From a candidate division FCPU426 bacterium (lineage in GTDB: Bacteria; Oederibacteriota; Muellerivitia; Muellerivitales; Muellerivitaceae), in NCBI GenBank assembly GCA_963771075.1, contig CAVYSE010000003.1, positions 128,001 to 192,000 of the forward strand: a DNA stretch of 64,000 nt, read 5' to 3'. Below, in pieces: positions 31,128 to 41,462 of the stretch (positions within the stretch are counted from its first letter, which is position 1; the number at the start of each line of letters is the position of its first letter). Below the pieces are notes generated by a model. It had not been told where the DNA came from. It did not search any database and saw nothing but the letters and a program-made list of their open reading frames with translations. A program made the position numbers and the translations under genes.

Positions 31128-32073
31128 CTAGACCTGTTTCTGCTCGCTCAAGGGCGTCTCGGTGATGATGACCTTGTAGCCCAGCAGGCGCTCGGCCTCC
31201 TCGATGCCCCCCTGCAGGTCGCCGACCGCGTTGATCTTGCCCAGGTCGACCCCGATGGTCACCAGGGTTTGGGCGATCTCGGAGGAAAGCCCCGTCACGA
31301 TGACGCTGGCCCCCATCAGGCGGGAGGCGTCCACCGTCTGCACCAGGTGGTTGGCCACGGTGGCGTCCACCGAGGGCACGCCGGTGATGTCGATGACGAC
31401 CACCTTGGCGCGGTTGGCCCGGATGCCCCGCAAAAGCTGTTCCGTGACCTGGCGGGCGCGCTGGGAATCGATGACGCCGATGATGGGAAGGATCAGGAGC
31501 CTCTCGCGCACCTGCAGGACCGGGGTGGAAAGCTCCCGGATGGCCTCCTGCTGTTGGCGGATGATGCGCTCGCGCTCCTGGACGAAACCCACGCCCACCG
31601 TGTTGGCGATGCGGTTGGCGGCCGGTTCGTAGGCGTCCAAGACCCGGTTCAACAGCGCGAAATCGGTTTGGTATTTGCCGAAAAGGGACCGAGCCAGCAC
31701 GTCACGAAGGAGAAGCACGATCCCCAGCACTTCCTGGGTTTCCACGCCCCGGGGAATGATGCGTTCCGAGAGGTTGCGGGCGTAGGCCTGGAGGGCCTCC
31801 ACCGATCCCGATTCCAGGACTTCCACGTAGTTGTCGTAGACCGAGGTGGCCTCGGCGAAGATCTCCTCCTTCGTCATGGCCATGAGCAGTTTGGCCTCGA
31901 TGATGCGCCGCACCCACTCTTCCCGGAGCTGGGTGCGGTTTTGCCTCAAGTGGGCCACCAGTTCCCTCAGACAGGTCGGCGGTGGACTCGGGGGAAAGCC
32001 CCGTGATCCCGGAACCAATGACCGGATTTTTCGGCTTGATGTTTTCTTTCTCCATGGGTTTCTCCTTCGGCAT
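31128..32073 (-). CDS. rsbR: Stressosome sensor (globin-like N-terminal domain plus STAS), with an apparent +1 indel near 31972
   Basis: AIRELSTPV, IGVIDSQRA, DITGVPSVD; N-terminus MPKEKPMEKEN...STADL lies in another frame. Confidence 0.9.
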
Positions 32074-32597
32074 GGGTTCGGCGGGGGGGTGAGGTTAAGT
32101 TTTGATTGGAATGAAGAGGCGGCCGGGAGTTCAACCTCGGCCGGGGAAAGCCGGGAGGCCTTCCGGGGATAATTAAATTTTACTCCCCGAGGGGAAAACA
32201 ACCCGCCCTTAAAAATAAAATCATTTTCGGCACGGGGAATGTTTGGCACAAAAAATGTCAATTAGGTAAACGCAAACCAAAAAACAACCGGAGGGAAAAC
32301 CGCGGGAAATCAGGGGAATAAAAATGGACCTCATCATGCTTTTTGAAACGCGGGGATGCCTCCGTAAAAGTTCCCCGGCGCGTTACAGCAATGAAAATTT
32401 TTCGCCCATTCCTCCTCATCATAAATAGAAAGGTCGCGCGGAAAACATGACACCCCTGGTGAAATTTTGATCGGGTAAATGGTTTCCGAAAAATAATTTC
32501 CAAACCCCTGGCAGATCCTAACCCATGGGTTCATATTGAATTCGATTGATCCCGCCTCGGATGATTTCCTTTCCACCGCGGGCATAAAGGAGGCTTG

Positions 32598-33095
32598 ATG
32601 GCCCTCGCTCTCAATCCCGATCACCCTCCGATGGGAAAACCGGTGCAGGTCCTCCTGGTGGAGGACAACCCGGCGGATGTATCCCTGCTTGAAAAAATCC
32701 TCGAAAACTCCCAATACCCGGTGCGACTCAACGTGGTCCAGGACGGCGAGGAAGCCCTGGCATATCTCCGCCATCAGGGACCTTACCGGGATGCGCCCCA
32801 TCCGGGCTTGATCCTGTTAGACCTGAAACTTCCCCGAAAGAGCGGCCACGAAGTTCTCGAGGAAATGCAGCGGTCCACTCACCTAAGATCGATCCCGACC
32901 GTGGTCCTGACCCAGTCGAAACAGGGTGGTGACTGGAGGCGGGCCCATGAAGCCCATGTGGGCGCTTATCTGCTGAAACCCAAAGACTGGTTTCACTACG
33001 CGGGTTTGCTGAAATATTTGGAGGAAAACTGGTTTCGGGGCATCCAACAGGCCATGACCTGGGAGAACCTGGAAACGGAGGGGGAACGGTCATGA
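32598..33095 (+). CDS. Single-domain response regulator (Rcp1-like)
   Basis: VLLVEDNPAD, LLDLKLPRKSG, LLKP; AAGGAGG RBS. Confidence 0.88.
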   Translation: MALALNPDHPPMGKPVQVLLVEDNPADVSLLEKILENSQYPVRLNVVQDGEEALAYLRHQGPYRDAPHPGLILLDLKLPRKSGHEVLEEMQRSTHLRSIPTVVLTQSKQGGDWRRAHEAHVGAYLLKPKDWFHYAGLLKYLEENWFRGIQQAMTWENLETEGERS

Positions 33096-33535
33096 GAACA
33101 CAACTTAAGGAAGAACAAGCGCTCCAGGTCTTATTGGTGGAGGACAACCCCGGGGATGCGGGTCTCATTCGGCATGCCCTGGACCTTTCCGATCATCCGG
33201 TTCACTTGACCGTTTGTCCGGATGGCCTCAGCGCGTTGGGTTATTTGAGAAGGGGGGACGGGCCTCCCGTCCAAATCATCCTGCTGGACTTAGGTTTGCC
33301 ACTGAAGGACGGGTGGGATGTACTTTCCGAATTGAAAGCGGATATTCGCTTGAAAGATATCCCCGTCCTGATCCTCACCGGTTCTGAGGACGCCGAGGAT
33401 TCCATCCGCGCCACTTTTTCAAGGGCGGACGATTATCTTTTGAAACCCAAGGATTTGATCCGCCTCAGCGCCCTATTGCATTACTTGGAAAAAAATTGGT
33501 TCTCGAAATTTCGACCGAAACGGGACCCTGATTAA
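33092..33535 (+). CDS. Single-domain response regulator (Rcp1-like)
   Basis: VLLVEDNPGD, LLDLGLPLKDG, ILTGS, LLKP. Confidence 0.88.
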   Translation: MRTQLKEEQALQVLLVEDNPGDAGLIRHALDLSDHPVHLTVCPDGLSALGYLRRGDGPPVQIILLDLGLPLKDGWDVLSELKADIRLKDIPVLILTGSEDAEDSIRATFSRADDYLLKPKDLIRLSALLHYLEKNWFSKFRPKRDPD

Positions 33536-33615
33536 AACGCGATTCCTGAAACCCAAAAGTCATCCAGTTCCCCAGTTGGATGCATTCGATCAAAGGGGCC
33601 CCCACCCCTACTTGC

Positions 33616-33774
33616 CTTAGAGGCTCAGCGCCACCCCGCCGTTGAAGGCGTTCAGGTTCTGTCCCCCTCCGAAGTTCCCGGAGTAACCCGCCGACAGGTT
33701 CCAATCGGGCCCGAAGATGAGCTGAAACCCCGCCCCCACGCCGTAAAGCATGGGGGCGGGTGGGGTAATGCCAC
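33616..33774 (-). repeat. Direct repeat copy B: tail of a beta-barrel/autotransporter-like gene
   Basis: Minus strand reads MLYGVGAGFQLIFGPDWNLSAGYSGNFGGGQNLNAFNGGVALSL*. Confidence 0.85.
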
Positions 33775-34259
33775 GATGGGGTGAGGACTAAAGTGTTAAA
33801 TGCTGGCCAGGCCCCTCGGTTTCGTTAAAAACATAAGTTAAACTTAACGGCACGTTATTCTTTCAAGTGAATATTTTTCGGTTGTTTAAGGAAATGACTT
33901 GAAAAACATCGGACAGAAATTGAAGCTTGGTGTAAAGATGAAAATATCTGAAAAAATAACCCCGGTGATTAATGAGATGATGAATATGCATCAGAGAAAT
34001 AAGGTTTTAGATAAGACCAAACACAAACCAAGTCCAATTAATCAAATTGGCAATAAGTTTAATCAACACATGTAATCTTTGTCGTTTTGCCCTATCTATC
34101 CAAACATTTCTTATTCTGCAAATCGCGCCGGCTGTTAGAAGTTTTTTTCAAATCCACAATGCTCAAGTCAACATTAGATTTCGGGATATCCCCCTCCCCA
34201 ATGGTTTTCCCCGCCCCACCCGTTAAAATGACCCCTCCATTCCCAAGGAGCCTTCCCTC

Positions 34260-36057
34260 ATGGCCGAGATCGTCGTATCCGATAAGGAAGAAATCGACTT
34301 TAAATACAATTTAAAGGTCTATTTCGGCTTCCTGACCAAATATAAATGGGCCGCACTGGTGCTGGTGGGTTTGGCATTCCTCATCGAGCAGTCTCGACCT
34401 GGTGCAAAACTACGCCTTCAAGCTGATCATCGACAAGGCCACCCTCTTCATGGGCCACCAATGGCTTCCGACCCCTTTCAACGGTTTTTGTTGATCGTTT
34501 TCGCCGTGCTTCTGGGGGTTACCGCCACGCGGGTTTTGGGGCGGTGGATCTACCTGCGCAACATCAACCTGCTGGAATCGGACCTCATCACTGACATCAA
34601 GCGTTATTATTTCAACCACCTGCTGACCCTTTCCCACGGGTTTCACACCACCCACAAGACCGGCTCCCTGATCTCCCGGCTTTCCCGGGGGTCAGGCGCG
34701 GTGGAAACCATGACCGACATGATCATCTTCCAGTACGTCCCCCTGCTCTTCCAATTGGGGATGGCTGGAGCTTCTATTTTTCATTACAGCTTTAAGGTAG
34801 GTTTCATCGTTTTCGCCACGGCGGTGGTCTTATATCGCCTTTTCCTACGTCATGAACGAACACCAACGACGGGTGAACGCCCTGTACAACAACATGTCCG
34901 ACCTGGAAAAGGGCAACATCAGCGACGTTTTCACCAACATCGAGTCGATCAAGTATTTCGCCAAGGAAAAGGACGTGCAAAACCGCTACCGCGGCCTTGA
35001 GCGAAAAGACCAAGGAACTTCAACTCGATTTCTGGAACAGCTACAAGCTGATGGAAGCCGGCCAATTGCTGATATTGGGGTTGGGAAGTCTTTTTCCTGA
35101 TTTTATTTTCCCTCCAGGACCTAATCGCGGGCCGCATCGGCATCGGCACTTTCGTCTTTATTTTCACCGTCTTCGGCAGTTTCATGGGCCCCCTTTCGGG
35201 CTTCGTTTTCGGCATCCGCAACATGTACCGAGCCCTGGCGGATTTCGAGGACCTTTTCCAATACGGAAAGGCCGAGAACGACATCCAGGACAAGCCGGGG
35301 GCTTCTTCCTTGAGGGTGAATAAAGGGGCTATCGAGTTTAAGGACGTGATTTTCCAATACAAAAAAAGACACATCCTCAACGGTTTCTCGCTGAAGGTTC
35401 CGGCCCACCAAAAGGTGGCGGTGGTGGGCCCCTCGGGGGCGGGCAAGACCACCCTGATCCGTTTGCTTTTCCGCCTATACGACGTGGAGGGGGGCCGGAT
35501 CAGCATGGACGGCACCGATATCGCGGACGTCACCCAGGGGTCGCTCCGCGAAAGCATGAGCATGGTGCCCCAGGAATGTATCCTCTTTGACGACAGCCTC
35601 TACAACAACATCGCTTTTTCCAACCCCGAAGCCTCCCGGGAAGAGGTTTTCGACGCCATGCGGTTCGCCCAGTTGGAAACATTTATCGCCGGCCTGCCCG
35701 AGAAGGAAAACACAATCGTAGGGGAGCGGGGCGTGAAGCTTTCGGGGGGCGAAAAACAACGGGTTTCCATCGCCCGGGCGCTGCTTGGCCGACAAGCGGA
35801 TATTGATCCTGGACGAGGCCACCTCGTCGCTGGATTCTGAAACCGAGCACGAGATTCAGAAAGGGCTGAAGGACCTGATGAAGGGCCGTACCTCGATCCT
35901 CATCGCCCACCGGCTTTCCACCATCATGAGCGCCGACATCATCGTGGTGCTGGACAAGGGGAAGGTGGTTCAACAGGGCCGCCACCAGGATTTGATCAAG
36001 GAACCGGGCTTATATAAGAAGCTTTGGAACCTTCAAAAGGGCGGGTATATCGAGTAG
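34260..36057 (+). pseudogene. ABC exporter (TMD plus NBD; Atm1/MsbA-like) with several frameshifts
   Basis: [48 protein letters not shown] spread over different frames. Confidence 0.88.
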
Positions 36058-36193
36058 GTCCAAAACCCATCCCAAACCACACCTCTCTTTAACGTCAAAC
36101 CCGTCATTTATAAATTCCGACAGTGATTTGTATCAGAAAGATCCGTTGGTTGCCTGGCCTATGATTAAAAAAAAGTATTTCAAGGTTTCGGTC

Positions 36194-36571
36194 ATGGTCG
36201 ATACAGGCAAATCAAGAGAAAAAAGAATCCATCCCCGTTTTCAAGTCAATGTTCCCGTTAGGTACCGGGTGATTGAGCATGAAACGGATTCAACGACCGT
36301 TTCGGACCGGCAAAAAAAAATTCGAACATGTCATACAGGGGACTTGAGCTTGAGTGGCCTTTTCCTTGTCTGCGATCAAGCCCTCGCGGTGGATACCTTA
36401 CTCAAGTTGGACATTTCCATTCCCGAAATCCCACTTAAAATAACGGCCTTTGCAATGGTCGTTTGGACCAACCTGAGGGGAGTGGGCCTCCATTTCGAGG
36501 CCATAAAAAATGAAGACATTATCACTTTGAGGAACTACCTTTCGCAGGCGCCCCCCGAAAATAAGAACTAG
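36194..36571 (+). CDS. PilZ-domain protein
   Basis: EKRIHPRF and DLSLSG motifs, AMVVW, GVGLHF. Confidence 0.85.
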   Translation: MVDTGKSREKRIHPRFQVNVPVRYRVIEHETDSTTVSDRQKKIRTCHTGDLSLSGLFLVCDQALAVDTLLKLDISIPEIPLKITAFAMVVWTNLRGVGLHFEAIKNEDIITLRNYLSQAPPENKN

Positions 36572-36641
36572 CCATGGGTTCTAGGCGTTCGACCGGATTA
36601 TACTAAGTCCCTGAATCCATCCCAATCAAAGGGCTTTCCCG

Positions 36642-37322
36642 GTGATCTCCGAAGTTGAATTAAGAAACGAACTCAACGCAATGATTGATTCCTTCCTGGA
36701 AGATTGTCCCTTTTTCTTGTCGTGGAAGAAGGGTTCCATCGACCGGACTTTGTCCGGGAAATTTCTCGCCACCTTCGACACCTTGGTAAAAAGTTTCCCG
36801 GAGTTGATCGCGGCAGGGGCGTCGCGCATGACGGACGAAGAGGCTCGGACAGTCCTGGCGGTGAACTTGTACCAGGAATGCGGTGAGGGGAATGTCCAAC
36901 GGACCCATTACGCCATCTACCGGAAATTCCTCTCCACCACCGGGTTGGACCTTTCCTCCGTCACCGAAAATGGATTCGCGGAGGAATGGAGAACCAAGAT
37001 GAAGGGTTATATCCAGGACACCGGGTGTGTCGGGGCCGTACTGGGCGCCCTGGCCGCCGGGGAATACCTGGCACAACCCGCCTTGACCCGGATCTATTCG
37101 GTGCTGAAACCCCTCTTTCCCGGGGCGGACCCCGAATATTTCGAGAAACACCTGGTGTTGGAGGAAGACCATGTCAGGGAAATCACCGGGATGATGGTGA
37201 AAGAGGCTGAAAAAAACGACGGACTGGAAGCGGTGCTATCCGGCTTTAAGTTCGGATTATCGGTTTGGGGGGAATACTTTGGCCACCTGGCCGAGTTTGT
37301 GACCTCGGCAAAAAAGGGTTGA
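36642..37322 (+). CDS. Heme-oxygenase-like diiron redox enzyme (PqqC/CADD/HDO superfamily)
   Basis: NLYQECG..THY, GE, YFEKHLVLEEDH ligand pattern. Confidence 0.78.
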   Translation: MISEVELRNELNAMIDSFLEDCPFFLSWKKGSIDRTLSGKFLATFDTLVKSFPELIAAGASRMTDEEARTVLAVNLYQECGEGNVQRTHYAIYRKFLSTTGLDLSSVTENGFAEEWRTKMKGYIQDTGCVGAVLGALAAGEYLAQPALTRIYSVLKPLFPGADPEYFEKHLVLEEDHVREITGMMVKEAEKNDGLEAVLSGFKFGLSVWGEYFGHLAEFVTSAKKG

Positions 37323-37324
37323 AG

Positions 37325-38110
37325 TCAATTAAACACCGGCAGGGGGCTGAGCCGGCGGCATCCCAACTTCACGATCTCGGTGACATGAAGCTGCATCATA
37401 TAGTTGAGGTACCTTTCCTGGGCGCCGGCAAGTTTGAGCCTCCGCTCGTAAGTGGCGCAATCCAATAAAATCAAATCCTTTCCATTCGCGATATGGGGGG
37501 GTTCATCCTTTTCGATGTCGTCAATCGCGTTCATCAGTTCGGGATCGAATAATCGCTTGAAAATACTGGTTTCCAGGTCGGTCATGGAGGAGAGCACTAT
37601 TTCCCCGGCAAATTGGTTGGCGGCGGCGATTTCCGAAGCCGTTTCGGCCTCCGTTTGGACCCTTTGCATTTGGACGAGTATTTCGGGCAGCACAAAATCG
37701 CCGATATTGGGCTCCGCGCCATAACGGCGAAGTTGCCGGGCGAAAACGTCATAATGACGCACCTCATCCCTGATTTGCCGGGCGAGCCTTAATTTCAACT
37801 CGACCTGGTCCTCGGGCAAAAGCGTGATTTCCCTTGCCTGGGCAACAGTGCCAAAATACCACTCCGACCAGGCCCGACGCCTTAGATAGGCGACGAGGGC
37901 GGTTTTATAAACTTCCTCATCCAAGGTCATGAATTCGTACTTCCTTGAATCATACAGGTCGTCCCCCACGTTCTTGGCGCGATGATAAAGGGCTTGCATG
38001 AACTCGTTGGGAGTTAACTTCATCAGTTCTTCCGAGCCCCACTTGGAATAGGATGGAACCATAAGAGGCTTATCCCCATCGGATGGATGGGCTTGATCCG
38101 GGTTTTGCAT
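37325..38110 (-). CDS. Ferritin-like diiron-carboxylate protein
   Basis: Two ExxH motifs (QIRDEVRH, EKDEPPH) with upstream E residues. Confidence 0.75.
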   Translation of the reverse strand: MQNPDQAHPSDGDKPLMVPSYSKWGSEELMKLTPNEFMQALYHRAKNVGDDLYDSRKYEFMTLDEEVYKTALVAYLRRRAWSEWYFGTVAQAREITLLPEDQVELKLRLARQIRDEVRHYDVFARQLRRYGAEPNIGDFVLPEILVQMQRVQTEAETASEIAAANQFAGEIVLSSMTDLETSIFKRLFDPELMNAIDDIEKDEPPHIANGKDLILLDCATYERRLKLAGAQERYLNYMMQLHVTEIVKLGCRRLSPLPVFN

Positions 38111-38328
38111 GGCTTTTTTCTCCCCTCAAACAAACAGGCAAACCTTCTGGGATTGATCCCACACCAATCTTTATAAGCCCAACGCACCCGCAAAGTGAAT
38201 AGGGTCCAACCCGGACCTTTTTATTTAATGACTGAAAATAACCAGGTGCCTGGCCACCGTTATCCACGATTCATCTTGTCCATGTTGGGTCCCCGCAGTG
38301 GCCAGCAGCCTTAATGAGGGTGGCAATG

Positions 38329-38601
38329 TTATTTTTTTCCGGCAACAGCCAACAAGGCCTCGTTGATGACGGTTTGGTATCCGATGCCTCTCTGTTTGCC
38401 AATTCTCTTGGCCCATTCTAAGGTTTTCGGATTGAGGCGGATTGAAACCGGCAAATAAAGCTCATGAGGCTCTTTAGTCGGTCGGCCACGCGGACGGCGC
38501 GGCTTGCCCGAGTGATGTTCGATCGCTTGCCGGTTCTTCTCCACTTCTCCGGGAGTTATCCTTCTTGCCTTGTGAAACGGAAATTCATTTGAGTTCTTCA
38601 T
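38329..38601 (-). CDS. brnA: BrnA-family antitoxin
   Basis: RGRP, VSIRL, GIGYQTVINEAL. Confidence 0.9.
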   Translation of the reverse strand: MKNSNEFPFHKARRITPGEVEKNRQAIEHHSGKPRRPRGRPTKEPHELYLPVSIRLNPKTLEWAKRIGKQRGIGYQTVINEALLAVAGKK

Positions 38602-38866
38602 AACGGTTCCTTTCCCGACGGCTTGCCGGCCTTGCGCTGATGATTCGACAGACCTGGCCTTGTAAGCGCTTGGTGAAAACGACCACTAAAATCTTTCCAC
38701 CGTCAGCTTCTCCAATCAACCATTCCCTGGATTCCAGGGTCGAGTGTTTAGGGTCAGCGGCTACCAGGGCAAAAGGATCATCAAATTCCGTAATAGCTGT
38801 TTTGAATGAAACGCCGTGTTTCTTTTGGTTGGCTTCGTCCTTGGCGAGGTTCCAATCAAATCGCAT
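38585..38866 (-). CDS. brnT: BrnT-family toxin
   Basis: MRFDWNLAKDEANQKKHGVSF, RIISARPA. Confidence 0.93.
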   Translation of the reverse strand: MRFDWNLAKDEANQKKHGVSFKTAITEFDDPFALVAADPKHSTLESREWLIGEADGGKILVVVFTKRLQGQVCRIISARPASRRERNRYEELK

Positions 38867-39002
38867 ATTTTTAGTATATACAATAAATAAAGGTCGTCAA
38901 GGTTCGGTTTCTCATATTCGGACTATCTCTTAATAGGGTTTTAGCTGTTCACGATAGGTCCCCGTCGTGGACAAAAACTACAAGCCGAATACGGGTGGTC
39001 CG

Positions 39003-39440
39003 CTACCTTTTTAATTCCTCAAGTGGAAGAAGTCGCGAGTCTTCCAAGGCGGCCGTTCGGTGTCCAAGACCTTTCAAATAACCTTCGTTGGACGCAAAAG
39101 AAAGAAATGAATCCACGCTCTGCTGGCGGATAAGCGCAACCATATCCCACCGCTCGGTTTCTGGCCCAATTAGAAATTTACCACCTTTGCCGAGGAACAA
39201 TATATCTCCCCCGGTCTCACGCAAGAATGGCAAGGTATGGTCGATATAGCGTCGAAAGGCATCCGCGCCGCTGATGGGTGTTGGCGGACGAAGATCCGGT
39301 GTCGCTGAATAGTCGGCGGTTTCACGGAATCGCAGTAAGTTCAACATCACGATTTCCCCGAGGATCCTCCGCATGACGAAATCCCGTCCGGCTTCCTGCG
39401 TCACATCAAGATAAGGTTTCGTTCCATTTTTATTTGTCAT
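39003..39440 (-). CDS. DUF1330-family protein
   Basis: VMLNLLRFR, FLIGP..ERWD, HRTAALEDSRL. Confidence 0.85.
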   Translation of the reverse strand: MTNKNGTKPYLDVTQEAGRDFVMRRILGEIVMLNLLRFRETADYSATPDLRPPTPISGADAFRRYIDHTLPFLRETGGDILFLGKGGKFLIGPETERWDMVALIRQQSVDSFLSFASNEGYLKGLGHRTAALEDSRLLPLEELKR

Positions 39441-39573
39441 TCAAGCTTGTCCTTTTTTTAGACAGTCATTTCCAACCTAGCAGTTCAGTCTCCAGATATT
39501 GTCCAATGCGGGTCCCCATCGTGGACAGGTAATCGAATCAAATCTCGCTTTCGAGTTTCCAGCAACAAACAGT

Positions 39574-40104
39574 TTAGCGGTTCGGGAATTTTCCTTGGAT
39601 GGTTTTGATCGCCAGAAACAGCGTTTGGGGTTTGTTTGCCAACGGATGGAAACCGTATTTTTGATAAAACCGGACAGCTTGATCATCCTTGGCGTCCACT
39701 ACAACTCCGTAAATTCCAATTTCGTTTGATAAACGTTCAGCTCTCTGTAAAGCGTCTATCAAGAGCGCAATGCCAATTCCACGGCCTTGGTGCCTTTTAT
39801 CCACCGCCAATCTTCCGACCCTAATGGCAGGAGCGGGATAACGGGGGAGGCCTTTTGAATGGGGGGGCGGCAGCATTTGGGAGTCGATTTCTGAAGACAC
39901 GGCCGTGTAAAAACCCAAAACCTTCCCGCTCTCGCTTTTCATCTGCGCAACAAATGTTTTGCCGATGTTTCGTTCATGGTTTTGCCGGGCATATTTTCGC
40001 AAATATTCATTTAGCTCTAATACCCCGCAATCAAAGGAATCAAAATCCAAATGGCAGGTTATGGCTTGAATCTCGAATGCTAAAGGATTCCCTGCGGGGT
40101 TCAA
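39574..40104 (-). CDS. GNAT acetyltransferase toxin (AtaT/TacT-like)
   Basis: FDCG..LNEYL, GRLAVD..QGRGIG, VDAKD..A..FY..YGF. Confidence 0.9.
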   Translation of the reverse strand: MNPAGNPLAFEIQAITCHLDFDSFDCGVLELNEYLRKYARQNHERNIGKTFVAQMKSESGKVLGFYTAVSSEIDSQMLPPPHSKGLPRYPAPAIRVGRLAVDKRHQGRGIGIALLIDALQRAERLSNEIGIYGVVVDAKDDQAVRFYQKYGFHPLANKPQTLFLAIKTIQGKFPNR

Positions 40105-40376
40105 GGGCGGCTATATTTCTTGATCGCCGCTGACAAAGCCTTATTGGGACGGGGCGGATTTTCCAGTACTTTCATGAAAGAATTCCACTCATTTTCGGAA
40201 AGAGTGATGCGGCTTTGGGTCGTAAGCCCCTCCTGGGCGGCCCTTAAGGAATTTGAAAGCATGAACGCACTGAGGCTAAGGCCAAAAATCGAGGCGGCCT
40301 TTTCAAGCATGGCCTTGTCTTTCGGGCGGATGCGAATTTCAATTCGTTGTTCCCTGGATTGTGTCGCCGTTGGCAT
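40101..40376 (-). CDS. DUF1778 antitoxin (AtaR/TacA-like)
   Basis: RIEIR, LEKAA, LSAFM, ITLS..EW..F..LENPP.PN.AL. Confidence 0.92.
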   Translation of the reverse strand: MPTATQSREQRIEIRIRPKDKAMLEKAASIFGLSLSAFMLSNSLRAAQEGLTTQSRITLSENEWNSFMKVLENPPRPNKALSAAIKKYSRP

Positions 40377-40464
40377 AAAGACCTCCTAATTTCTATAAAA
40401 GAAGCATACCTCATCGTACGGATGATGTCCACACACAAGACAAAAATGGTCGTCCACGACGGGT

Positions 40465-41462
40465 AGTTCTGTTCTTTTCTTCATCTTCGGCGTGAACTTC
40501 ACTACCCATTTCCCCCGGCGGTTTATCTCCATCCGGAAGTCAAACCCCAGAAACCCAAAGCTTTCGCCTTTCGTTAAGTCCACTGTCCTCGTTTTGTCCG
40601 TGTTGATTTTCAGGTCAAGTTTAACCAATTCCTCAAGTAGCCTCTGGTAGACCGCCTTCACAAGCCCTTCCCCCTGTGGGTTTCCATCCACGAGGATCAC
40701 CATATCGTCGGCAAACCTCGCATATTCGACAGGGGTGTACATCCCTTGCCGGGTCGCTTCCTTCGCCTTTTCCAGCATCTTGTCCACCTCGTTGAGGTAG
40801 AGATTCGCCAGAAGTGGGGAAACAACTCCGCCTTGGGGAACTCCTCTTTTGCCGCTGGCTTTCAGGATTAGCTTCAGCAATCTCATCACCGTTTTATCCT
40901 CAATCCTCTGCGCTACCTTCTTCAACAGCAGGTCATGCCTTACCGTATCGAAGTACGCCTTCAGATCAAGGTCGATGACTCGGGTTTTCCCCCCGACAAT
41001 TGCTTCGGCTACCCTGTTCACCGCCGCATGAGCAGTCCGCTTGGGCCGGTACCCATAAGACCCGTCTTGAAAATCAGCTTCGAAAATTGGTTCCAGGATG
41101 AGCTTCATCGCTCCCTGGACAACCCTGTCCCGAATGTTGGGTATCCCAAGAGTTCTGACCTTCCCATCTCCCTTGGGTATCTCCTTCTTCCGGTTCCGGG
41201 CCGGTCTATACGTGCCTTGGACTAGTTCACGCTGGATGCTTTCAAGAAACGGCTCTATCCCTGCTTCTTCAATGGCCTCAAATGTCACCCCGTCTATTCC
41301 AGGGGCTCCATTGTTTGACTTCGCCATCTGGTAAGCCTGTTGGAGCGCTTCCATCTTGCAAACATGCGTGTAAAGTCCCCAGAAACGCCAGTTCTTCTCA
41401 GCCTTCGCTTTGACGTATATCTCTCGTCTCAGGTCTTGCAGACTGATGGACGTCTTTTTCAT
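40465..41462 (-). pseudogene. ltrA: Truncated group II intron RT/maturase (RT0-7 present, thumb/X domain lost)
   Basis: SLQDLRREIYVKAKAE, RTLGIP, GVPQGGVVSPLLAN, RFADD, FGFLGFDF; homology stops at KKRTE and the frame reads through into flanking DNA to 40386. Confidence 0.9.

Noticed and set aside
29784..32006. 740-aa plus-strand ORF (also 50686-52035 on the minus strand and similar long ORFs)
   Set aside because: Antisense shadows of GC-rich genes with clear homology on the other strand
32243..32260. Sigma-54 promoter-like TGGCAC (also near 27102)
   Set aside because: The -12 TTGC element is not matched
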